Below, one piece after another: positions 36,719-46,341 of a DNA stretch of 64,000 nucleotides. The notes under the pieces were generated by a model. That model was given only the letters and a program-made list of their open reading frames with translations. It searched no databases and was not told the DNA's origin. This DNA is from an uncultured Burkholderiales bacterium (GTDB lineage: Bacteria; Vulcanimicrobiota; Xenobia; Xenobiales; QWHO01): positions 529 through 64,528 of the forward strand of contig CAYYHB010000004.1 of the NCBI GenBank assembly GCA_964471395.1, in the 5' to 3' direction. Numbering within the stretch: the stretch's first letter is position 1; each line of letters starts with the position of its first letter. Both the position numbers and the translations under genes were made by a program.

Positions 36719-37641
36719 TCGAGCTGGTCGAGGTGACCCATCGTTACGGCGAGCAGCTGGCGCTGGATGCGCTCAGCATGCGCATCCAGCCCCAGGACAC
36801 CTTCGCCTTCATCGGTCCCAACGGGGCTGGCAAGACCACCACCATCCGCATTCTCTCCACCCTGCTCGAGCCCAGCGAAGGCGAGGCTTACGTGGCCGGT
36901 ATCTCGGTGCGCGAGGAGCCCGAGAGGGTGCGCCAGGCCATCGGCTTCATGCCCGACCAGTTCGGACTCTATGACGGCCTGAAGGTGTGGGAATACCTCG
37001 ATCTCTTCGCCGAGCTGCACGGATTGGACTCGTCCCGCCGCCAGCGACTGATCGCCGACGTGCTCGAGCTGACCGACCTGGGAGAGCGGCGAGAGGCCTT
37101 CACCGAGCATCTCTCCAAGGGGATGCGCCAGCGCCTGTGCCTGGCCCGCACGCTGCTGCATGACCCGCAGGTGCTGATCCTGGATGAGCCCGCCTCGGGA
37201 CTCGACCCCCGTGCTCGCTCCGAGCTCAAGGAGCTGTTGCGCGAGCTGCGTCGCATGGGCAAGACGATTCTGGTGTCCTCCCACATCCTGCCCGAGTTGG
37301 CCGACTTCTGCACGCGAGTGGGCATTCTGGAGGAGGGCAAGCTGGTGGCCTTCGGCACACTCGATGAGGTGCTGCACCGGGCTGCCTGTGAGGGTTATCA
37401 ACTGCGGGTCCTGGGTTCCGCCCAGCGGGCTTCCGAGCTGTTGCTGGCGGCCGGGGCCGAGCAATTGGAATCGCTGGATGACGGGATCTTCACCTTTCGT
37501 CTCGCGGGAGGACCCCAGGCCGCCGCCGCTCTGCTAAAGACCCTGGCCCTGGAGGATCTCGAGCCGTGTGAGCTGGTTGCCATCCGGTCCGATCTCGAGA
37601 GCGCCTATCTCTCCCTGACGCGGGGTGGAGAGAGCGAATGA
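36715..37641 (+). CDS. ABC transporter ATP-binding protein (ABC-2 type)
   Basis: Walker A GPNGAGKTTT, signature LSKGMRQRL, Walker B LILDEPASGLD, H-loop SSHIL. Confidence 0.92.
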   Translation: MIELVEVTHRYGEQLALDALSMRIQPQDTFAFIGPNGAGKTTTIRILSTLLEPSEGEAYVAGISVREEPERVRQAIGFMPDQFGLYDGLKVWEYLDLFAELHGLDSSRRQRLIADVLELTDLGERREAFTEHLSKGMRQRLCLARTLLHDPQVLILDEPASGLDPRARSELKELLRELRRMGKTILVSSHILPELADFCTRVGILEEGKLVAFGTLDEVLHRAACEGYQLRVLGSAQRASELLLAAGAEQLESLDDGIFTFRLAGGPQAAAALLKTLALEDLEPCELVAIRSDLESAYLSLTRGGESE

Positions 37642-39053
37642 GGGCCGTCTGGCTGAAGAACCCCCTCTTCCGCAAGGAGCTGCGCATCGGCCTGCGCGAG
37701 AGAAAGTTCGTCTGGATGCAGGTGATCTACCTGGCCCTGGCCTGCGGGGTCACCCTCTTCTCGCTGCGCAACCTGGACAGCCAGACCGACTACTGGTCGC
37801 TGCGCATGGAGGCCTCCCAACTGGTGGTAGTACTGCTCCTGCTGCAGTCGGCGGTGCTGTTGCTGGTCACACCCGCCTTCTCCAGCGCCGCCATCAGCGG
37901 CGAGAGAGAGCGCAACAGCCTGGACCTGTTGCTCGTGGGAGGAGCAAGCCCGGCCCAGATCGTGGCCGGCAAGCTCATGCACGCTTTGCTGCTCTCTTTT
38001 CTGTTGCTGCTTGGTGGTCTGCCCATGGGGGTCTTGAGCCTGGTGCTCGGAGGGGGCACCATTCAGGGACTCGCTCTGACGGCTTTCATCTTGTTCTGGT
38101 TTACCATCCTGCTGGTGCAGTACGGGCTGATGCTCTCGGCCCGCGAGAAGCGAAGCAGTAATGCCACTACCCAGACCTACGCCAGCCTGGCTGTCGGGCT
38201 TCCCCTGTTACTGTGGCTGATAGCCACGGTGCCCTGGATCGGTTCTTTGATGGAATCGCTCTTTGAGTTCCCGTGGCAGGGCTACCTCTGGCTGGGCTTC
38301 AACCTGCTCTGCCTGTCGACGTTCTTCTTTCTCAAGACCCTGAACCACCTCGAGCCGAGGGCTCGCTATCCCCGCCTGATGGGCCTCCTGTTCGTGCTCT
38401 GGTATGTCCTGGACGTTGCTTGTTTCTCCTACTATCTGAGCCTGCCTACTCGGCGGGAAGGTGACTGGCCTCAGCTCTGGAGCTGGCTGGCGGCTCTCAA
38501 CCTGCTCTTGCTGGGCTGCTTTTTGAACCGTCCCGAGTACCGAACCCGGCGCGATCAGCACGAGTTCGATCGCTACTGGGGCTCGCGCTGGTGGGTTTGG
38601 ACCGTCTTCTTCTCGCTGGGCGTGATCGGCCTCAACGTCGGCCCCTACCTGGCAGGCGACCAGCCGGCCATGCTGATCTGCCTGAGCGGAACCTCGATCG
38701 TCATCTTGTGGTCCACCTCGGCAGTGGTGCGGGCCGTGGCGCAGGCCTGGCCCCGGGCACCGTTTCGTATCGTCTACTTCTTCTGGGTGGCCCTCATCTT
38801 CGGAACGCCGGCCGTGGGCCTGCTGCTCTGTCTGGATCGCCCCTGGGCGCCCTGGTGGAGCCTGGTTCACATGTCGCCTCTGTACAGCCTGGTCTCGGTG
38901 ACGACTGCTTCGCCCGAGGTGCCCTTCGGTTTCTGGAACGGCGAGCAGGTTCTGCTGGGGACGCTCTGTCCAGCCACTTATTTGATCCTGACCCTGCTCG
39001 TGTGCATGCCCGCGTTGATCATCAGCCGGCGCCGACAAAATCAGCCGGGGTAG
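37638..39053 (+). CDS. ABC-2 family transporter permease
   Basis: Start overlaps the ATPase stop (ATGA). 471 aa with more than 10 hydrophobic helices. Confidence 0.75.
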   Translation: MRAVWLKNPLFRKELRIGLRERKFVWMQVIYLALACGVTLFSLRNLDSQTDYWSLRMEASQLVVVLLLLQSAVLLLVTPAFSSAAISGERERNSLDLLLVGGASPAQIVAGKLMHALLLSFLLLLGGLPMGVLSLVLGGGTIQGLALTAFILFWFTILLVQYGLMLSAREKRSSNATTQTYASLAVGLPLLLWLIATVPWIGSLMESLFEFPWQGYLWLGFNLLCLSTFFFLKTLNHLEPRARYPRLMGLLFVLWYVLDVACFSYYLSLPTRREGDWPQLWSWLAALNLLLLGCFLNRPEYRTRRDQHEFDRYWGSRWWVWTVFFSLGVIGLNVGPYLAGDQPAMLICLSGTSIVILWSTSAVVRAVAQAWPRAPFRIVYFFWVALIFGTPAVGLLLCLDRPWAPWWSLVHMSPLYSLVSVTTASPEVPFGFWNGEQVLLGTLCPATYLILTLLVCMPALIISRRRQNQPG

Positions 39054-40048
39054 GCCACCTTGCGCAGCTTCCTGGCATCCTGCTCGGGCCAGGAGGTGTT
39101 GATGTACATTCCCGTGCCCAGCTCGAAGCCCGACATCTTGCTCAGCCTGGGCACGATGGCCAGGTACCAGTGGCAGTACTCGGTGCGCAAGTGGCCCCGG
39201 CTGCCCACCCGGAAGACCAGGTTGAAGGACGGGTCGCCCAGCGCCCGGTCCAGGCGGAACGTTACCTCGTGCAGCAGCGAGGCCATTTCGGGCAGCACCT
39301 CGGGTTGGGCCAGGCTAAAGCAGCCGGCGTGGGCGTGAGGAACGATCCAGACCGTGCTGGGGCGATAGGTGGCGTAAGGCACGAAGGCGGTGAATCCGGG
39401 CCGCTCGCCCACGAGTCGCAGGCCTCCGTCTCGCTCCTCGTGCAGCACGTCGCACCAGACGCAGCGCCCGTGGTCGTCATAGTAGCGGGCCGCCCCCTCG
39501 AGGCGGTGGCGCACCTGCCAGGGTACCATTGGCAGGGTGACGATCTGCGAGTGGGGATGCTCGAGCGAGGTGCCGGCCCTCACGCCGTGGTTCTTGAACA
39601 GGCTCACGTAATCGGCCAGCTTGAAGAGGCGCAGGGCCTGCATGCGCTCGTGCCAGGCCCGCACCACCAGCTCCACCTCGGCTGGAGCCAGGCTGGCCAG
39701 AGTGGCGTCGTGCCGGCGCGACTCGCAGATGACCTCGTGGTGCCCGACGGCCGGCATGCGGCGCTCGAGCATCGCTCCGGTCCGGTCGGCCAGCTCGTGG
39801 GGCTCGACGGCAGGGAACTTGTTGGGAAAGCTGCGCACGGTCCAATTCCCGGCAGCATCCAGGTAGCGCAGCGTTTCCCCCGGAGTGCAGGCCTCTTCCT
39901 GGCCCGGGCACAGAGGGCACTCGGGGTCGTGCGGCGGTCGCGGTGGAGCGAGGGCGCGCCTGGGCTGCTGCTTGCCTGGCCGGCGAGCCCGCTCGGGCGC
40001 GAACAGGATCCATTCTCGGGTGGCTGGATTCTGGCGAAACTCGGACAC
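39041..40048 (-). CDS. galT: Galactose-1-phosphate uridylyltransferase family (HIT superfamily) enzyme
   Basis: GTG at 40048 (SEFRQNPATREWILFAPERARRP). Zn motif CPLCPG. Active-site HPHSQI. YLAIVPRLS. Confidence 0.8.
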   Translation of the reverse strand: MSEFRQNPATREWILFAPERARRPGKQQPRRALAPPRPPHDPECPLCPGQEEACTPGETLRYLDAAGNWTVRSFPNKFPAVEPHELADRTGAMLERRMPAVGHHEVICESRRHDATLASLAPAEVELVVRAWHERMQALRLFKLADYVSLFKNHGVRAGTSLEHPHSQIVTLPMVPWQVRHRLEGAARYYDDHGRCVWCDVLHEERDGGLRLVGERPGFTAFVPYATYRPSTVWIVPHAHAGCFSLAQPEVLPEMASLLHEVTFRLDRALGDPSFNLVFRVGSRGHLRTEYCHWYLAIVPRLSKMSGFELGTGMYINTSWPEQDARKLRKVAYPG

Positions 40049-40151
40049 GCCGACGACTTCGCGAGAAGATGGCCTCGGGCCTCGCGGAGGAATGCCCGGC
40101 CCGAGGCCTAACTTCGACCGCCGTGACGAAGCTCCAATTGTTGAGGATAAC

Positions 40152-42386
40152 GTGAAGACCCGCACTGCGCTCATGTTCGGCTGGTTCTCGGCTTTCTTGT
40201 GGAGCCTGACCGAATGGCAGCATTATCAGCTGGTTCTCCAGCTCGACCAGCGCCTGGTCGACCCGCCCGCCGACTTGCTGGGGCTGTTCGGGCTGCTTTT
40301 TCTGCGCAACCTCTGGCTGCTGGCCCTGCCCACGGCGGTCTCCTGCTGGCTGGCCCGACGCGGTTACCCTCGCTGGGCCGCCGCCGTGGCCCTGTCGAGC
40401 TGGTTGGCATTGCTCGGCTTCCTGGGTCTTGACCTGGCCTGCCAGAAGATGCTGGGCACGCACATCATGCCCTTCCTGTGGTTCGGGGTGGACGTGCTCA
40501 ACTCGCCTCCGGGCGAGGGAATGAAGTTCGCCGGTGGAGGAGCGGCCATCGCCCTGCCGGTGGTCTTGACAGTGGCGGGCCTGCTGGTGCTGGTGCTCTC
40601 GGTGGCCCGGGTCAGCAGCTGGCTGGCCGACACGCTTCGCTATCGCGTGCTGGTGGCTCTCTACCCGGCCAGCCTGCTGCTGGCCGCCCTGCTGCCGCTC
40701 TTTTTCAGCGATCCTTACCTGATAGCGCGCACCTTCCTGCACCTGCCCACCCGCCATCCCGAGCTACGCTGGCTGGCCCTGCAGGGCTGGTCGGCGGTTC
40801 ATCCCCGCCCGGTCGCCCTGGTCTCGGTCCTGCCCCGGCCCGGAGCCGGTCACGAGGCGCACGTGGTGCTGCGTAATCTGGGCAGCGAGCTCGACCTGAC
40901 CGGCTGGTCGCTGGTCACCGGGTCGGGCGTCACGCTTCCGCTCCAGGGTCGTCTGCCGGCCGGGGAGACCCTGAACGTGCCCCTGAAGCTGGCCGAGTCC
41001 GAGGACGCGGTCACCCTGCTCCACGGCCAGCGGATGATTGACCAGGTCCAGTACCGCCCCGAGCAAGTCGAGACGGGCATCCCGATCACCTACCTCGATC
41101 CCCGCCTGGGCTCGCCGTTCTTGCGCCGGTTGCAGGATCGGACCAGGCCCGAGCTGGAGCGGTTGGGCCCGGCTCTGCAGCGTCCCCCGGAGCTGACCAC
41201 TCGCATCACCCCCGAGGGAAAGCCCGTGCACGTGGTGCTGCTCTTGCTCGAGAGCTGGCGCTTCAACTCCGTCAGCCCCACCGACACGCCCCACCTCTGG
41301 AAGTGGATGCAGCGCGGCCTGGTACTCGAGCAGCACTATTCCGGCTCTAACACCAGCCATCTGGGGATGTACTCCCTGCTCTACGCCCGCAATCCCATCT
41401 TCTACAAGCGCGACCTGTCCCACCACGAAGCACCGCTCTTCAACCAGATCCTGCGCAACGCCGGCTATGACTGCCGGCTGATGGCCGGCTCAGCCTTTCG
41501 GGGCTGGAAGTGGCTCGAGCGCTTCTTGAGCCAGCCCACCTTCGATGAGATGTGGGTCAATCCGCCCGACAAGACCGGCTGGGAATACTGGATCCAGTCC
41601 GACCACGAGATGATCAGCTCCTTGCCCGAGCGCTTGCGCACCGCCACGCGGCCTCAGTTCATCTTCTGTTTCCCGCAGTCGACCCACTTCCCATACGCCT
41701 ACCCGCCCGACTTCGAGCTGCGCGAGCCCAGCCTGACTACGGTCGGCCTGCAAGACTTCACCCTGGCCGACCCGGTGCTGGTGAAGAATCGCTATGCCAA
41801 CAGCGTGGCCTACCTCGAGGCCGAGATCGACTCCATGCTGAGCGAGCTCGACCTGGAGAGCACGGTCGTGATCGTGACCGGCGATCACGGCGAGAGCTTC
41901 TGGGAAGATACCACCCTGGCCCACGGCACGCGCGCCTCGGACATCCAGTGCCGGGTGCCTTGCTTCATCCTGGGACGGGGGGTGAAGCCGGGCCGCATCG
42001 CTACCGCGACCTGCCACATGGATCTGCTGCCCACCGCTCTACACCTGGTCACTGGCCAGAACGCCAGCGTCCCCGAAAGCCAGGGGCGCGACCTTCTGGC
42101 CGGCGAGCTCGAGGACGAGGTGCTGATCGCTCCTCTGCGCTCGGTGCCGCCTTACCAGCTGGTCTTGATCCGCGAGGGCCTCAAGCTGCAGCTCAACGTG
42201 GTGCAGGAGCGCTTTCCTCGCATGCGCCCCGACCTGGGACCCGACCCGGGCGGCGTCCACGTCGAGGCGGTGGGCTTTCTCAACAGCCTGGGCGAGATCC
42301 AGTGGGGCTGGGCCCCCCCCGAGGATCGCCTGGAGGGCTGGATCGGGGCCGTGGAGCGAGAGTTTACCCGCCTCCAGAGTAAATGA
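40152..42386 (+). CDS. LtaS/MdoB-like membrane sulfatase-family phosphotransferase with an inserted lamin-tail (LTD) domain
   Basis: GTG 40152 (ATG 40176 is an alternative). About five N-terminal TM helices. LTD-like segment EAHVVLRNLGSELDLTGWSLVTGSG..AVTLLHGQRMIDQVQY (~40800-41060). Sulfatase core LLLESWR.., GSNTSHLGMYSL, VVIVTGDHGESF. Confidence 0.75.
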   Translation: MKTRTALMFGWFSAFLWSLTEWQHYQLVLQLDQRLVDPPADLLGLFGLLFLRNLWLLALPTAVSCWLARRGYPRWAAAVALSSWLALLGFLGLDLACQKMLGTHIMPFLWFGVDVLNSPPGEGMKFAGGGAAIALPVVLTVAGLLVLVLSVARVSSWLADTLRYRVLVALYPASLLLAALLPLFFSDPYLIARTFLHLPTRHPELRWLALQGWSAVHPRPVALVSVLPRPGAGHEAHVVLRNLGSELDLTGWSLVTGSGVTLPLQGRLPAGETLNVPLKLAESEDAVTLLHGQRMIDQVQYRPEQVETGIPITYLDPRLGSPFLRRLQDRTRPELERLGPALQRPPELTTRITPEGKPVHVVLLLLESWRFNSVSPTDTPHLWKWMQRGLVLEQHYSGSNTSHLGMYSLLYARNPIFYKRDLSHHEAPLFNQILRNAGYDCRLMAGSAFRGWKWLERFLSQPTFDEMWVNPPDKTGWEYWIQSDHEMISSLPERLRTATRPQFIFCFPQSTHFPYAYPPDFELREPSLTTVGLQDFTLADPVLVKNRYANSVAYLEAEIDSMLSELDLESTVVIVTGDHGESFWEDTTLAHGTRASDIQCRVPCFILGRGVKPGRIATATCHMDLLPTALHLVTGQNASVPESQGRDLLAGELEDEVLIAPLRSVPPYQLVLIREGLKLQLNVVQERFPRMRPDLGPDPGGVHVEAVGFLNSLGEIQWGWAPPEDRLEGWIGAVEREFTRLQSK

Positions 42387-42426
42387 AAAGAGCCCGCTTC
42401 GAGCGAGGCTCTCGACAGAGCTCCGA

Positions 42427-42879
42427 TCAGACCTTGTTCTTGATGGCCATCACCTGGATGACCTTGTGGGCCAGCTCCTCGCTCACGCCCAGCGCTTTGT
42501 ACATCTGGTCGAGCAACTTCTCCTCGGCCGGATCCACCTCGCCGTCGCCCATCACCAGGTCGGCGCAGAGCGCGAAGGCGGTCTCGCGATAGTCGGGCGG
42601 AACCGAGCTCACGGCCACGCCCACCAGGGCCTCCGGCCCGTCTTTCTTGAGCATGCCCAGGAGCTTCTGGAGCATCCTGCTGAAGCCGGCCTGGCCCATG
42701 GCCCGGAACATGCTCATGCGGTTGACCGCGTTGGTGAAACCGGTCAGCTCATCCTCGGTGATCACCCCGTCGGCCGCCACCGTGGCCAGCATCAGCGCCG
42801 CCACCGACTCCTTGCCGTCGAGCGCCGCCGTGGCCGCTCCGGCGCGATTGACTCCGAAGACCTTGTCGAAAAGACCCAT
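42427..42879 (-). CDS. TerB-family (tellurite resistance protein B-like) protein
   Basis: Internal ATG 42879 (MGLFDKVFG..). LMLATVAADGVITEDELTGF and ALCADLVMGDGEVDPAEEKLLDQMYKALGVS match the TerB two-repeat pattern. Confidence 0.7.
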   Translation of the reverse strand: MGLFDKVFGVNRAGAATAALDGKESVAALMLATVAADGVITEDELTGFTNAVNRMSMFRAMGQAGFSRMLQKLLGMLKKDGPEALVGVAVSSVPPDYRETAFALCADLVMGDGEVDPAEEKLLDQMYKALGVSEELAHKVIQVMAIKNKV

Positions 42880-42980
42880 GCGCTGGATCCCCCTTCCGAT
42901 TGTTAAGCGCAAACGCCCTGGTGCTGGAACGTCGTTCCGGCGCGTTCAGCACAATAGCCGGAGCGGAGGTTCTCTCTCGC

Positions 42981-45900
42981 TCAGCTGCGGGCCTTCTTGC
43001 GCAGGTTGATGCCGCCCAGTAGAACTGAGCTCTGGGTTTCGCGCACTCCCGCGGCGGTTTCAACCTCTCCGCCGGGATTGATGTAGGCCGCCAGCGCCAT
43101 CTGCAGGGCCTCGGGATGAGCCACCCCCTCGCCCTCGAGCTGCTTGAGGTGGACGAAGACGGACAGGGCCTCTCCCGAGCGCTCGGGGCCGAGCCGGCCC
43201 AGGAGATAGTTGAAATGATCCAGGTGCGACTTCAGCTCACCGGGCAGGTCGCTCGAAAGGCGCACGGCCTCGGCCAGATGAGGATAGCCCTCGGGAGGCA
43301 TCCGGGCGTGTATGGGAGCGATGAGCTCTTTCCAGTTCTGCTCTCGGTCACCGCGGGTGCTCACCACTGCGGCATGGGTCGCTACGGCCGACTCGAAATG
43401 CTCTCCGTGGGCCTGCAGCAGACCCTTCTCCCAGTCAGTGGCCCGGGTCGTGAAGGCGGTGAGGAGCTCATCGGAGCGATCCCGGACAAGCCTGCGAAGG
43501 TCACCGGCCAGCGACAGGTGGGAAGCGCGCTCTTCCAGGCTCAGGTCAGCTTCCTGAAGGGCCTTGATCGACTCCTGGTACATCGGTGGGCAGAGAGTCC
43601 AGCTCGCAAAGCTGGTGCCCGAAGGCCAGCCTTCCGACTGCAGGCGCTGGTTCGTCTCCCGCACCCACTCGGCGCGCAGCTCGGGTTGGGTCTGGCAGGC
43701 AAAACCCTGCTCCATCCAGCCCAGATCTCCCGAGCCCCGGGCCGGCGGCTGCCAGACCTGGCGCCAGGCCTCGAGCACCACCCGTAGTTGGGCGGGATCG
43801 TCCGGGTCGCTCCAGGGGAGGGCCTCCTGCACCAGACGACGCTGCTCGTCGGAGGAGGGAGTCAGCTTGATCTGCTCGGCAAAGCCTCCCAGAATCAGGT
43901 GCGGCAACGCTTCGCGGACTGCTCGAAAGCTCGGGTTCCAGCCCGTGCTCTGCAAGCGGTCCAACTCGGGGATCAGGGGTCTGATCAGGGCGCGCACCTC
44001 GGGGTCGACGGCCCCCAGTCCACCCAGCACGGCCAGCTCTCCCAGGGTCTCCCTGCTGAGGCTCTCGTTCTTCGTGGCCCCGCTCACTCGAGGCAGCAGG
44101 CGCTCCATCAACTTCTGTCCCTGCTCCAGGCGCGCCACCGGGGTGCAGCTCGAGGCTGCTTCGCGGACAGGCTTGAGGGCTTGGAGCAAGGTGCTCCACG
44201 AGGGCGAGAAGTCCTGGCAAAGAGTCAGGTTCAGGCTGCGGCTGCCGTTGGCCACGACCTCGGCGGCGGTGATGTCCTCTTCACGCAATGCGTCGGTCAA
44301 CCGCCTGCGCTCGGGCTCGCGCACGAGCTTGTCGACCAGCTTGCTGAACGAGCCATTCGAGCGGGTGCCCTCCTGGCTCAACAGAGTCGTCAGGCGCTCG
44401 ATATCGGCCGGAGCCGTGGCCAGCTCGCTCAGAACGTGCAGGTTGCGCGGTGCATCGCCTTGCAGGGCCGCCAGCGAGCCGGCCGCCTGGTACTCTTGCT
44501 CAACCCTGGAAAAAAGATCTTCCTTCAGTTTAGGCTCGCTTTCGAGAATCTGGTAAAGGTAGGGGTTACGAGAGCGAGTGTAGGAGTCGAAGTTGGATGA
44601 GTCCTCTCGCAACAGTCGATCGTGCAAGGCGGCGGCCACCGAAACCATCCGCCCGTGCCTGTCCGGCAGCTCGCATCCCTCCAGGGCTCGAGGGTCGCGC
44701 TCTAACGTAAGAGCAGTGGCGCGAACGGCGGCCTTGAACCCATCGTTGCCATAGAGCGGGGAGGGCTTCTCCTTGTCGAGCTCGTGGGGCACGTAGAGCC
44801 AGCTCACCAGCCAGTCCTTCTCCAGCGGAGAGGGGGTCCAGCCGTTCTCGACCGCGGCATGAAGCGCGCTTCGGCAGCAGTGATCGAGGTAGAAGTCGTT
44901 TTCGTGCTCGGTGACCGCCTGCATGGTGAGGTCGCGCAACTCGGGACGACCGGCAAAGAGGTCTTGCACGAAGTTGGCAGCTTTGTTGCTGGTGTTGATC
45001 TCGCCACAGAGCACCAGGGGCAGGACTTCCTCGCGATACCACCCGGGGGTCACGATCTCAGGGAAGGCGGCGGCCAGGTTGCTCACAAAATTGACCCGGG
45101 CTTCGCCCACCAGGTTGTCGCTGGCCAGCTCGCCGCGCGCCTGGGCGCGACGGATCGTCCCGGTCAGCTCTTGAAGGTGAGGAGTGAACGCGGCCTTGAG
45201 CTCGGGGTGGCGGCTGGCCCCGCCCAGGGCCACGTTGAGGCGCCGCGAGCCGGAGCGGCCCGCCTCGTGTTGCCCGCCGACGAGCTGGCCGATGAGCGCC
45301 TCGGCCTGAGGACGGTCCTGGCGCCACAGCTTGAGGAGCTGGTCCTGGGCCGCCTGCATCTCCTCGGGTTTCCAGGCCCGGTCCAGGTCCTTGAGGAGCC
45401 CGGACGGCTCGCTGCGCTCCCGCTCGGTCTCGGGAAGAACCTTGAGCACCGGGCCGGGCCAGACTTCCACCCGCCCGTGCTCGAGACTGGCTTCCCCCTC
45501 CCAGGTGAAATGGCCCTCGCGGTGCCACCTCTGGAGCAGACCCTCCGCTTTATGGCCCAGCGACCGGTCGAGCTCGGGACTCTCGTGCTCTCTGATCTCG
45601 GGTTTGAGGTCAGCCTGGCTGCGCCAGAAGAAGCCTTTGCCCACCCGGGCCACGACCTCGATGGTCTCCTGGTCGGGCACGGCCGTTTCGAGCGCTCCCA
45701 ACAACAGGCTGACCGCGCCGTCGTCGGTATGATAGGTGCGGTCGGCGCTGTGCCCGTGGATGCTGGAGAGCTTGCCGCGCAGCTGCTCGGTGCAGCCGTG
45801 GGGGTGGCCCATCTTGATCGTGAGGTCGGTCAGGTTGTCGGGCCATCTGAACCGCTCGAACAGGATGCGCCGACCGATGCGGGCGGTAAGCTGGTCGTCC

Positions 45901-46304
45901 GAGCCGTGGGTGGCGTCGAGCATCACCCGGGCCGCCTCCTGAAAGTCCTCGCCCTCGAGCTTTCCATCCAGCAGCTTTGCGTTGAGATCGAAGAGGGCGG
46001 GGATCTCCTCGCGGCGGTAGCTCTGACGAAGCTTCAGCGCCCAGGACTCAGCCGCATCGACCGACGAGGTCGCCTGGGGACTGGTTTCTGTCAGGGTGAC
46101 CGGGGGAGAGACGACCACCTTCTGAGGCTCGGCCTGGCTGGCATCGGGAGGAGCTTTCTTGCTTTCGGGCCCGGGTGAGGAGGGGACCGGCATGCCCGAA
46201 AGGGCCACCAGGTCGATCGGGCCGGGCGCGGTCGAGAGAGCGCTGGCCTGAGGCAGGGCGGCGACGGCTGGCGGGAGGGGCCCGGCGACACCGTGCACGT
46301 TCAC
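42981..46304 (-). CDS. Large orphan all-helical protein (1107 aa), effector-like, no signal peptide
   Basis: Uninterrupted 1107-codon frame with normal residue diversity, unlike the opposite-strand shadows. GTG start. Pro/Ala/Ser-rich N-terminal ~90 aa containing PGPIDLVALSGMP. Confidence 0.7.
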   Translation of the reverse strand: MNVHGVAGPLPPAVAALPQASALSTAPGPIDLVALSGMPVPSSPGPESKKAPPDASQAEPQKVVVSPPVTLTETSPQATSSVDAAESWALKLRQSYRREEIPALFDLNAKLLDGKLEGEDFQEAARVMLDATHGSDDQLTARIGRRILFERFRWPDNLTDLTIKMGHPHGCTEQLRGKLSSIHGHSADRTYHTDDGAVSLLLGALETAVPDQETIEVVARVGKGFFWRSQADLKPEIREHESPELDRSLGHKAEGLLQRWHREGHFTWEGEASLEHGRVEVWPGPVLKVLPETERERSEPSGLLKDLDRAWKPEEMQAAQDQLLKLWRQDRPQAEALIGQLVGGQHEAGRSGSRRLNVALGGASRHPELKAAFTPHLQELTGTIRRAQARGELASDNLVGEARVNFVSNLAAAFPEIVTPGWYREEVLPLVLCGEINTSNKAANFVQDLFAGRPELRDLTMQAVTEHENDFYLDHCCRSALHAAVENGWTPSPLEKDWLVSWLYVPHELDKEKPSPLYGNDGFKAAVRATALTLERDPRALEGCELPDRHGRMVSVAAALHDRLLREDSSNFDSYTRSRNPYLYQILESEPKLKEDLFSRVEQEYQAAGSLAALQGDAPRNLHVLSELATAPADIERLTTLLSQEGTRSNGSFSKLVDKLVREPERRRLTDALREEDITAAEVVANGSRSLNLTLCQDFSPSWSTLLQALKPVREAASSCTPVARLEQGQKLMERLLPRVSGATKNESLSRETLGELAVLGGLGAVDPEVRALIRPLIPELDRLQSTGWNPSFRAVREALPHLILGGFAEQIKLTPSSDEQRRLVQEALPWSDPDDPAQLRVVLEAWRQVWQPPARGSGDLGWMEQGFACQTQPELRAEWVRETNQRLQSEGWPSGTSFASWTLCPPMYQESIKALQEADLSLEERASHLSLAGDLRRLVRDRSDELLTAFTTRATDWEKGLLQAHGEHFESAVATHAAVVSTRGDREQNWKELIAPIHARMPPEGYPHLAEAVRLSSDLPGELKSHLDHFNYLLGRLGPERSGEALSVFVHLKQLEGEGVAHPEALQMALAAYINPGGEVETAAGVRETQSSVLLGGINLRKKARS

Positions 46305-46341
46305 AAAGAGGTCAATTCGGCTCCGAGCCTGAGAAGCCCTG

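Noticed and set aside
38208-40757. ORFs 38208..39038 (-), 38591..40111 (+), 39477..40757 (-), and the 5' extension 39885..40151 of the sulfatase gene.
   Set aside because: They lie opposite or out of frame to the ABC permease, galT and sulfatase genes, which have motif or hydrophobicity support. Their composition is Arg/Gly/Pro-rich.
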